36,985 bases of DNA from Kiritimatiellia bacterium (lineage in GTDB: Bacteria > Verrucomicrobiota > Kiritimatiellia > RFP12 > UBA1067), in the NCBI GenBank assembly GCA_035450385.1, contig DAOTMQ010000003.1:1-36985 (forward strand). The letters are read 5' to 3'. The position numbers were made by a program, and so were the translations under genes. Numbering within the stretch: position 1 is the stretch's first letter; every line of letters starts with the position of its first letter. Shown here piece after piece: positions 1 to 6,679 of this stretch. The notes beneath the pieces were generated by a model. It saw only the letters and a list, made by a program, of their open reading frames with translations. It had not been told where the DNA came from and did not search any database.

Positions 1-1415
1 AGGTTGAAGTCGTGGATGTTGGCGATCTCATCCTTGTCCACCAGCCGCGAGTATTTGGGCAGTTCGCGTTTGTGGGTGAAGACGTGATCGATCTTCTCAA
101 TGTCCTCCGGACGCAATCTGTTCTGGTTTTTTCCTTCGGCATATTCGCGGTCGGCATTGATGAAGAGCACCTTGTTGCGCATGGCGTCCGGCTTGCTCTT
201 GTTGCAGACCAAGACACAGGCAGGGATACCTGTGCCGTAGAACAGGCCTTGCGGGAGGCCGATGATCGCTTCAATCACGTCGTCTTCAATGAGAAGTTCC
301 CGGATAAGCTTCTCCTTGCCGCCCCGGAACAGCACGCCGTGGGGCATGATGGTCGCCATGAGGCCATCGGCCTTCAGGCTGGCCAGCATGTGCTGGAGAA
401 ACATCAGGTCCGCCTTCTTGCCGGTTTCCGGGCACCACACGCGGAAGCGGCTTGTGAATTTGACGTTGGTCCGGCTGTAGTTCTGGGAAAAAGGGGGATT
501 GGCAAGGACACGGTCAAACTTGCGGACCTGTCCGTTCGCAAGAAGTAGCGGATCCTCCAGCGTGTCCCCGTTCTCGATGGTGAAGCGGGTGATGTTGTGG
601 AGGATCATGTTCATGATGCAGATTGACCAGACGGTACCGTTCGAGTCCTGCCCATAGAGCGCGAGGTTGTTGGCATCCTGACCTTGCTCGTCAACATACT
701 GGTGGGACTGAATCAGGAAGCCGCCCGACCCCACGGTAGGATCATAGATCGTGTTTCCCGCCGTGGGCTTCGTGATCTGCACCAGCAGGCGCACGACTTC
801 GGCGGGCGTATAGAACTCGCCGCCCTTCTTGCCCGCGCTGTCGGCAAAGTACTTGATAAGGTACTCGTAGGCTGCGCCCAGCAGGTCGGGGAATTCAAAG
901 TTGTCATTGATGAGCGGCGGGAACCCGGTAAAGTGATCGAGCAGTTCCTTCCACTTCTGATCCGGTATCTTCGTCTTGCCCTTGACTGCATTGAAATCGA
1001 TGTTGTTCTTCAAGACCCCAGCCAGCGAATCATTTTCGTCCTCAAGGGCGGCGATGGCCTTATTGAGCATGTTGCCGATGTCGTGCTTGAGGTCTTTCAG
1101 CGCCGGAACGAGATCACCGTTCTCATCCTCCCAGGACTGGTGCCATCGCGCCCGGACGGGGACGAAGAACGTCTCGCCGTAGGACACCTTGTCCTCCAAC
1201 AGTTCGCTAAATTGCTCGGGGGTTTCTCTCAAATTGGAATAATACTTGCCCAACTGCTCACGCTTGTGGTCGAACTCATCGGACAACCGTTTGAGGAACA
1301 GCATGCCAAAGATGAACTCCTTGAACTCAGAGGCATCCATCTTGCCGCGCAAGATGTCGGCCGCCCCCATGAGGAAGGACTCCAGTTGTGAAAGCGTGAT
1401 CTTGTCTCGGTTCAT
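1..1415 (-). CDS. hsdM: Type I restriction-modification DNA methyltransferase subunit M (HsdM). The C-terminus runs off the left edge of the window.
   Basis: This gene is absent from the ORF track because the frame stays open to position 1. Reverse-complement translation from the ATG at 1415-1413 reads [34 protein letters not shown]... Further on it reads [12 protein letters not shown] (AdoMet-binding motif) and [10 protein letters not shown] (NPPF N6-adenine methylase motif). The + strand ORFs 12..548 and 684..1391 are antisense shadows of this gene. Confidence 0.9.
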   Translation of the reverse strand, partial: MNRDKITLSQLESFLMGAADILRGKMDASEFKEFIFGMLFLKRLSDEFDHKREQLGKYYSNLRETPEQFSELLEDKVSYGETFFVPVRARWHQSWEDENGDLVPALKDLKHDIGNMLNKAIAALEDENDSLAGVLKNNIDFNAVKGKTKIPDQKWKELLDHFTGFPPLINDNFEFPDLLGAAYEYLIKYFADSAGKKGGEFYTPAEVVRLLVQITKPTAGNTIYDPTVGSGGFLIQSHQYVDEQGQDANNLALYGQDSNGTVWSICIMNMILHNITRFTIENGDTLEDPLLLANGQVRKFDRVLANPPFSQNYSRTNVKFTSRFRVWCPETGKKADLMFLQHMLASLKADGLMATIMPHGVLFRGGKEKLIRELLIEDDVIEAIIGLPQGLFYGTGIPACVLVCNKSKPDAMRNKVLFINADREYAEGKNQNRLRPEDIEKIDHVFTHKRELPKYSRLVDKDEIANIHDFN

Positions 1416-1686
1416 ATGTTACTGTCCCGTTCGCTTGATGGCGCGGCATCGTATTTGTTGAAAAGTCCCATAATGCCGGTGGTTGTCAACCCCCGCCGCA
1501 AAGAAATCCTCACTCCAAAGACTCCAAAGACGCATGGTGTCAGTGTAGCGGGTCGAATCGGTGAAAGCGAGGGTAAAACCGAAAAAGAACAGTTGAGTCT
1601 GCTAAAAGTATTCTTTGGTTTCAGGTTTCATACTGGTGTTCGACGTTCAGCCCCGAAGGGGTTACCATTAAACTGTTGTCATAGGT

Positions 1687-2010
1687 TCAATCCCACACAT
1701 ACCTCTCGTCAACGTAGCGCACAACGTTGCGGCCTTCATGCCAGGTCTGAAGGAGAGTTTCGGCGCACACCCTCCGCGCACGCACGCTCGGACAGCCCGT
1801 CATGTACACAGGCACGGTCACCGTGCGCGGGCGGAAATCCAAAGTGGCCTGCGAGACACGCGCGCGCAAGAACAGTCCGCGGGGCCGCAAACCATCTGGA
1901 TCGGCCTGCAACGAACCTATGACTTCGCCCTCTGCTGGGAAATTTTTGGCCGGACACCAAAAAATCCAGATAGATGTATAGAACAACGAGAGCAGTGCCC
2001 CGGCTCGCAT
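1687..2010 (-). CDS. Small hypothetical protein with a hydrophobic N-terminus (107 aa)
   Basis: ORF 1687..2082 is trimmed to the ATG at 2010. That ATG lies 8 nt after the mtlD-like stop (2019-2021) and is preceded by AGGGA. The N-terminus MRAGALLSLFYTSIWIFWCPA looks like a signal peptide or membrane anchor. I recognise no family. Confidence 0.45.
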   Translation of the reverse strand: MRAGALLSLFYTSIWIFWCPAKNFPAEGEVIGSLQADPDGLRPRGLFLRARVSQATLDFRPRTVTVPVYMTGCPSVRARRVCAETLLQTWHEGRNVVRYVDERYVWD

Positions 2011-2018
2011 GATCCCTA

Positions 2019-3188
2019 TCAACCCGCAATCAATTTCAACGCTGTTGCATCGCGAGAAGGATCCAGACCGCTGTGCGCGCACAGCACCGCCTCTGTGCCC
2101 TCTTCCGCGAGACGCACACGGAAGGCGACATCAGGCGCGAAGGGCTGGCCCGCTTCGTCAGTCGCCGCAAACTGCAGCGCTGCGGCGATCGCGCGGCAGA
2201 CCGGCGCGATGTCGCCCTGCTCGGATTGCACCAAACGCAGCCCGCCGACCATCCGGTCCCCCGGTGCCAGCTTGCGCGGCAGGTCGCGTCCGACGCGGAA
2301 GACGGTGTCGCCCAACGCTTGATTGCCGAAGCGCCGCAGCAGATCTGCCACATGTTCCGCCAACCCTGCGGTATCCAACTCCTGCGGATAGCGCCGCGCC
2401 AGCGCACGCGCCGATTCCCGCATCACCGCCTCCGTCTCAGCCAACACGGCGGGATCGCACATCGCAACGTCTACCAACGCGTGGCCGCGCAAGTAGCCGT
2501 GATAAGCGCAGGTGGCGTGTCCAAGGTTGTGGATGTAGAGCTTGCGGTCGACGTAGGCCTGAAAACACTGCTTGAGCAATAACCCCTCGATATCGTCAGG
2601 TACCGGCCCGACAAACCCGTTGCGATCCGCGATGATCGCGTTGTAAGCCTCCCCCCACACCTCCAGCGGATCATTGCGCCGCACTTCTTGCGGCATCAAC
2701 GGCACCATCTTGCCGATGCTGGTCTCGACCAGACCGACCTGCTGGTCGAGCGGAAAATCCTCAGGCAATGCACGGCTCAGCGTCTCGCGCGCCATGCTGG
2801 CGAGGCCGTGCAGGTTCTCGCAGAAGAGCAATGAAACCGGCCGTCCTTCGCGTTCCGGAAGCCCCGCCGCGATTGCGTTCAGCACACTGGGCAGATGCGC
2901 CGCACCCACCGCCGTACCGATCAAATCGGCGCGGGCCACCGCCGCCTTGACCGCCTCCTGATCGCGCACATCGATACCGTCTACCCCCGTCACCATAAAG
3001 GAGTCCGGCGTCCCGGGCGGCAACGTATCTTTGATGACCACGCGGTACTCGCGCCGTTCGTGCAACGCACGCACGATCTCCGGTACCGCATCCACAAAAA
3101 GCACTTGATAACCGGCCCGGCTAAAAATCGGCCCGGCCAGTGCGCGTCCGATATTCCCCGCACCAAAATGAACATACAACGGCATCAT
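2019..3188 (-). CDS. mtlD: Mannitol-1-phosphate 5-dehydrogenase family protein
   Basis: This is a 389-aa ORF. The blocks HFGAGNIGR (N-terminal Rossmann motif), CEN, NDPLEV, VDRKLYIHNLGHATCAY and RVGRDLPRKLAPGDR align with E. coli MtlD as I recall it. The SD AAGGAGG lies 5 nt upstream of the ATGATG start. Confidence 0.85.
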   Translation of the reverse strand: MMPLYVHFGAGNIGRALAGPIFSRAGYQVLFVDAVPEIVRALHERREYRVVIKDTLPPGTPDSFMVTGVDGIDVRDQEAVKAAVARADLIGTAVGAAHLPSVLNAIAAGLPEREGRPVSLLFCENLHGLASMARETLSRALPEDFPLDQQVGLVETSIGKMVPLMPQEVRRNDPLEVWGEAYNAIIADRNGFVGPVPDDIEGLLLKQCFQAYVDRKLYIHNLGHATCAYHGYLRGHALVDVAMCDPAVLAETEAVMRESARALARRYPQELDTAGLAEHVADLLRRFGNQALGDTVFRVGRDLPRKLAPGDRMVGGLRLVQSEQGDIAPVCRAIAAALQFAATDEAGQPFAPDVAFRVRLAEEGTEAVLCAHSGLDPSRDATALKLIAG

Positions 3189-3210
3189 CTTGTCCTCCTT
3201 GTTACATCAT

Positions 3211-4071
3211 TCAATAGCAAGTTTCGAGTCCATCGATCATTGATTGGAGTAGGGCACGAGCTATGTGGAACTTGCCTTGGCAGGAGTTCCTCGCAAGTGT
3301 GCTGGCAAGCGGACATTCGCTAGAACTTGTTGTCTCATGCCGCAGTCTCTCGACAAGATACCTGTGGGTTTTCTCGGACGCCATGATTCCAATGTCTTGA
3401 CCGAGCAGATACGCGGCTGCCACGTTCGGTTCTCGCGCTGCGCGAGCCACCAGATCGGGCTGCGCCAGAAGCCGTTCACGATTGCCGGCATCCAGATAAT
3501 GAGTGATCATAAAGCCAATGTCTCGCGCGTCCCGAACCCGTTCTTTGGGGCGATCAAAGAAAGATACGATTTTCAGCATGGCCAGCGCGGCGATAGTCAC
3601 CACGGGGATTGAAACGGGTTCACGGCCATCCGCCTGGATGGAAAGAAGTTTCGCGTTGGAGAGCGCTTCCTCAAATCCCAGAACGTTCCATGTCGGCCCC
3701 TGATCAGGCCATTCCAGACGTGCGTCTGCACCGGCAACAGGGCCGAAAGGAATCAGATCCACCTCTTTCCCGCTGACCGTATCACGGATTTTCTCCACCG
3801 GAGTCTCCGCAATCTGGAAACCCGCGTGCTGGAGTGCCGACCGAAGGCGATGGAAAGAGTCCCAATCCAACACACGCACCGAAATGTCGGTATCCATCGT
3901 GCTGATACCGGTCTCAATGCCGTACATGTGATAAAAGAGTACTTCGCGGGCAAAGGCACCCACAAGAAGCAGGTCTATCCCTTGTTCTGTTGCCGTGACT
4001 GCCAGCCGGGTCAGAAGACTGGCAGTCGGCGCATCAACCGGGTGCCGTAAGTTTTCGCAGGAATTTGTCAT
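3211..4071 (-). CDS. Pol-beta-superfamily nucleotidyltransferase, probable toxin partner of the upstream AbiEi-like gene
   Basis: ORF 3211..4167 is trimmed to the ATG at 4071 (MTNSCENLRH...). The segment LLLVGAFAREVLFYHMYGIETGISTMDTDISV has a G...DxD nucleotidyltransferase-type signature. The gene overlaps the 3' end of the upstream gene by 38 nt. Confidence 0.7.
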   Translation of the reverse strand: MTNSCENLRHPVDAPTASLLTRLAVTATEQGIDLLLVGAFAREVLFYHMYGIETGISTMDTDISVRVLDWDSFHRLRSALQHAGFQIAETPVEKIRDTVSGKEVDLIPFGPVAGADARLEWPDQGPTWNVLGFEEALSNAKLLSIQADGREPVSIPVVTIAALAMLKIVSFFDRPKERVRDARDIGFMITHYLDAGNRERLLAQPDLVARAAREPNVAAAYLLGQDIGIMASEKTHRYLVERLRHETTSSSECPLASTLARNSCQGKFHIARALLQSMIDGLETCY

Positions 4072-5110
4072 AAAGCCTTTTCGCTGTCTCCGAACTGCGT
4101 TCTTCATCATTTGCCAGAAGATCGGCGTAAACAAGCAAGGGATGCACGCAATCCTTCGGAAAATCATCCGGGGCGCGATGCCAACGCGAAATCAGGTCAT
4201 CCCCCCAAAACGGCGTGAGCACTTCGACATTCCCGCCCGGGTCGGGCCGAAGGCCGACGCGCACGACCCACTCATCGGACAATGCACTGGCATAGACCGT
4301 CATTTTCTCGGGGCGCAGGTGGCGGGTCAGGCGGGCACCGGCGACCTCACCGCTCCACCAGGCGTTCGGCGGCAAACTGTGCATACGCTCCCATTCGCGC
4401 ACGCTGGCGACACGGTACCGATGGTGAATCAGCCGATGGCGGAAACGCGCCAAGTAGTTCGTAGTCCACAGTTCAATAAGGCGCTCGCGATCCACAAGCC
4501 GCCGCGCACCATTGTCATCAAGCAGAAAGCCTGTGGAACGCAGATCGTTGAGCACGTTGCTTACAGATCCCGTCGCGACGCCAGCCGCCTTCGCCAGAAT
4601 GCGGACTGGACTATTCAGCAGCGCCTGATCGGGCTCCTTGTCCGGTCCTGAATCGGTCAGCAACGCGAAAATCACCTTCACGGCGCTCTGCCGGTGCAGG
4701 CCGGTGACCACCTTGCTAACGCCCGAACGCTTGCCGGATATCCAGACATAGAGCCCCGGTGCTTTGAGGAAAGCGTTCCCTGCCGCATCCATAAAGGCGA
4801 TGTTCCGCTCACACAACAGTTTCGCCACGGTGGGGCCGATCTTAAGCGCGACCACCATCAGTGAACTGCCCGGAGTACATTGTTTGGCAAGCGTTTCAAG
4901 CACCGGTAAGGCTGCCAACGTGAGTATGCCGCATCTGACCGCGACTCGGAAGACGTGTTTGTGCTTTCCCGTATGTACGGTCAACTCGGCGTCGCCCGGC
5001 ATATTCGAGCGAGCGCAGCGAATGGCGTCGAAACAAAGGTCTGACACCTCTCCGGCGACCATTGCCACGGCCTTCTGCAACACATCCATCTCTGTCTGTT
5101 TCAAACTCAT
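4034..5110 (-). CDS. AbiEi-type (type IV toxin-antitoxin / abortive infection) antitoxin-like transcriptional regulator
   Basis: This is a 358-aa ORF. It has a central wHTH-like stretch, SPVRILAKAAGVATGSVSNVLNDLRSTGFL. The C-terminal block ...CVHPLLVYADLLANDEERSSETAKRLYDKF resembles the AbiEi_3 family as I remember it. A nucleotidyltransferase gene follows directly. Confidence 0.65.
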   Translation of the reverse strand: MSLKQTEMDVLQKAVAMVAGEVSDLCFDAIRCARSNMPGDAELTVHTGKHKHVFRVAVRCGILTLAALPVLETLAKQCTPGSSLMVVALKIGPTVAKLLCERNIAFMDAAGNAFLKAPGLYVWISGKRSGVSKVVTGLHRQSAVKVIFALLTDSGPDKEPDQALLNSPVRILAKAAGVATGSVSNVLNDLRSTGFLLDDNGARRLVDRERLIELWTTNYLARFRHRLIHHRYRVASVREWERMHSLPPNAWWSGEVAGARLTRHLRPEKMTVYASALSDEWVVRVGLRPDPGGNVEVLTPFWGDDLISRWHRAPDDFPKDCVHPLLVYADLLANDEERSSETAKRLYDKFLRKLTAPG

Positions 5111-5111
5111 T

Positions 5112-5164
5112 TGTTCATCATATTGCCACGTTCAGACAATTTGAACAAGCGTTGTTTTTGAACA
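5112..5164 (-). promoter_or_regulatory. Candidate promoter plus nested-palindrome operator of the AbiEi-like operon
   Basis: On the minus strand the pattern is TTCAAA (5145-5140), 17 nt, TATGAT (5122-5117). The ATG follows 6 nt after the -10 element, which implies a near-leaderless mRNA. There are four half-sites: GTTCA at 5113-5117 and 5130-5134, and TGAAC at 5142-5146 and 5159-5163. They are symmetric around about 5138. Confidence 0.5.
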
Positions 5165-5231
5165 GCATCCTTTAAATCCCACGAATATCCCGATCCCCTG
5201 CCGTCAACGCTCCCCTCAATACGGGTGGAAC

Positions 5232-5265
5232 AAAAAAGGGCTTGTCTACCGTCGTAAACAAACCC
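5232..5265 (-). terminator. Rho-independent terminator downstream of the tRNA
   Basis: The minus-strand RNA reads GGGUUUGUUUAC-gacg-GUAGACAAGCCC. This is a 12-bp stem with two G-U pairs, followed by UUUUUUG. It begins 7 nt after the tRNA CCA end. Confidence 0.75.
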
Positions 5266-5271
5266 TGAAAA

Positions 5272-5347
5272 TGGTGGCGGGTGAGGGTCACGATCCCCCG
5301 ACCTGCGGATTATGATTCCGATGCTCTACCAACTGAGCTAACCCGCC
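5272..5347 (-). tRNA. tRNA with anticodon CAT (elongator Met type; tRNA-Ile2/lysidine is not excluded), with an encoded CCA
   Basis: The reverse complement is GGCGGGT TA GCTC AGTTGGTA GAGC A TCGGA ATCATAA TCCGC AGGTC GGGGG ATCGTGA CCCTC ACCCGCC A CCA, 76 nt. The acceptor stem is a perfect 7 bp and the D stem is 4 bp. The anticodon loop carries CAT at positions 34-36. Two oddities: a U27-C43 mismatch and a T-loop of AUCGUGA. Confidence 0.88.
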
Positions 5348-5361
5348 GAAAAAGTGTTTGA

Positions 5362-5390
5362 AGTGTAGTGAATCTTGAGGGTCCTGTCAA
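5362..5390 (-). promoter_or_regulatory. Sigma70-like promoter of the tRNA gene
   Basis: On the minus strand the pattern is TTGACA (5390-5385), 17 nt, TACACT (5367-5362). The -10 element ends 14 nt upstream of tRNA position 1. Confidence 0.6.
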
Positions 5391-5419
5391 CCGCGTGATT
5401 TTTGGGTTTTTGTAATCCG

Positions 5420-5508
5420 CGGTTAGTGGCATCGGTTAGTGGCAGGGGGCATGCGAGTCGGGTGCGTGTTTTGTGTGCGCGCAGTCAGGCGCGGGCGTCC
5501 ACGCCCGC
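5420..5508 (+). repeat. Repeat module L, copy A
   Basis: ATCGGTTAGTGGCAGGGGGCATGCGAGTCGGGTGCGTGTTTTGTGTGCGCGCAGTCAGGCGCGGGCGTCCACGCCCGC is about 90 percent identical to 26626-26705. It is partly shared with 16139-16209. The leading 13-mer CGGTTAGTGGCAx is tandemly duplicated (5420-5432 and 5433-5445). The module ends in the hairpin GCGGGCGT-cc-ACGCCCGC. Confidence 0.85.
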
Positions 5509-5554
5509 TGAAAAAGGCGGCGGGAACGCGTCTGATGTCACGCCGCCACCCGCG

Positions 5555-5833
5555 ATGATGAAGCAAGACCCCAACATGCCCAGGGGCAGGCATCCCGAAA
5601 CGGCCAGATTCTGGCCGGTCAAGAACATGCCTGGCATGCACATTGTTCTGTTGAAGCCGGGGGATGTGCCGTACCCGATTTCAGAGCGCATGGCGGAGAA
5701 GTTCGAGTCGTTCCGGTTCAACCACGGCCTGTGGGTCAGAAAGCCCGGCACGTTCAAATGGGCGTTTGTCGGGCCGGAAGACGGGCGCGACACAGGCATG
5801 GGGCAGGTATACCGGGACAATGGCAGGAGGTGA
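5555..5833 (+). CDS. Small hypothetical protein (92 aa)
   Basis: ORF 5402..5833 is trimmed to the ATGATG at 5555, because the upstream part of the ORF lies inside repeat module L. A bidirectional terminator follows the ORF. I recognise no family and see no clear SD. Confidence 0.4.
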   Translation: MMKQDPNMPRGRHPETARFWPVKNMPGMHIVLLKPGDVPYPISERMAEKFESFRFNHGLWVRKPGTFKWAFVGPEDGRDTGMGQVYRDNGRR

Positions 5834-5865
5834 GGGGCGAGGGAACGCTTGGGTTCTCCCTTCTC

Positions 5866-5887
5866 AAAAGGCCGTCAGCGGCCTTTT
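5866..5887. terminator. Bidirectional intrinsic terminator between convergent small genes
   Basis: The sequence is AAAAGGCCG-tcag-CGGCCTTTT. It is a GC stem flanked by an A-run and a T-run. It lies between the stops at 5833 (+) and 5921 (-). Confidence 0.65.
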
Positions 5888-5920
5888 GAAATAGGTGGGC
5901 AGCCCGTTGTTGGCAGTTCC

Positions 5921-6379
5921 TCAATCGTAGTTCCCTCGCTTCTGAACGCGTAGCGTCAAGTTCGTGCAGCGAGGGCAGAAGAGTTTGCCGAACTCTTGTG
6001 ATCCTCGCATCAGCGACAGATCGTCGATCTCCATGAAAGGCTTCTGGCATTGGGGGCATGGGTAAAGGTCTGCGGTGAGTCCTGTGGCTGGATTCCAGAC
6101 GGTTCCGACCTTCTTTGGGGGTGTGTCGGGGAGATCAGATTTGTCCGCATGTTTCTTCCACTCTCCGGTCAACCCCTGCGTTTTCCAACTCAGGGACACG
6201 AATTCGCGACACGTTGTGCAGTAACCTGTCGCCTTGCCGAAAATGAAGCCGCCGCCGATCCCGATGTCAGCATCAAACTTGCATTTGGGGGCCTCGCATT
6301 TGAGGTGCCACATTGATCCGGCAAAGGCCAAGGCGGCGGTGCCCAGAACTGCGATCACGATGAGCGTCGATTTCTTCAT
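5921..6379 (-). CDS. Exported Cys-rich small protein with four CxnC pairs (152 aa)
   Basis: The Sec-type signal is MKKSTLIVIAVLGTAALAFA-G. The Cys pairs are CEAPKC, CTTC, CPQC and CPRC. The SD AGGAGG lies 5 nt upstream of the ATG. Confidence 0.75.
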   Translation of the reverse strand: MKKSTLIVIAVLGTAALAFAGSMWHLKCEAPKCKFDADIGIGGGFIFGKATGYCTTCREFVSLSWKTQGLTGEWKKHADKSDLPDTPPKKVGTVWNPATGLTADLYPCPQCQKPFMEIDDLSLMRGSQEFGKLFCPRCTNLTLRVQKRGNYD

Positions 6380-6511
6380 CTGATCCTCCTGCCAACGTTA
6401 GGGGTTAAGACAAAGAAGAAATGTGAGGCATGCATCATTTCACCTTCCTTTCCCCCAACAGTGCTATTGAGCCTGCCTCGCGAAGGTGGGCAGACCCCAT
6501 TTGATGCGGTT

Positions 6512-6540
6512 ATGTTAGTCGCCCGGACGGCTACGGTCAA
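6512..6540 (-). promoter_or_regulatory. Candidate promoter for 5921..6379
   Basis: On the minus strand the pattern is TTGACC (6540-6535), 17 nt, TAACAT (6517-6512). It would give a leader of about 125 nt. Confidence 0.35.
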
Positions 6541-6679
6541 GCGCACATTTTATTGCCCGGCAAAGCCTTAATCTTTGGGCTTGCCCGCTAGGTATATGCA
6601 AACTGCTGAAGTAGTCTTTGTGCGGCATTGCGGCTTAAAAGGTGTGGAAAAAGTCATATCTCTCCCCGGATAGATTCGA

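Noticed and set aside
12-1391. The + strand ORFs 12..548 (178 aa) and 684..1391 (235 aa)
   Set aside because: They lie antisense to a clearly recognisable hsdM reading frame with NPPF and AdoMet motifs. Their sequences are Arg/Gly/Leu-rich with no motifs. They are typical shadow ORFs of a high-GC gene.
1416-1686. A promoter for hsdM (TTGACA at about 1474-1479 on the minus strand) and the tandem ACTCCAAAG repeat at about 1513-1530
   Set aside because: No acceptable -10 hexamer lies at 16-18 nt spacing; the best candidate is ACTTTT. The tandem 9-mer has only two copies. This is too weak to annotate.
1-5347. Calling the left block a tRNA-integrated genomic island
   Set aside because: No integrase, no direct repeat of the tRNA 3' end and no obvious composition break are visible in the window. 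An intact terminator directly follows the tRNA. I kept only the weaker statement that it is an accessory or defence-type neighbourhood.
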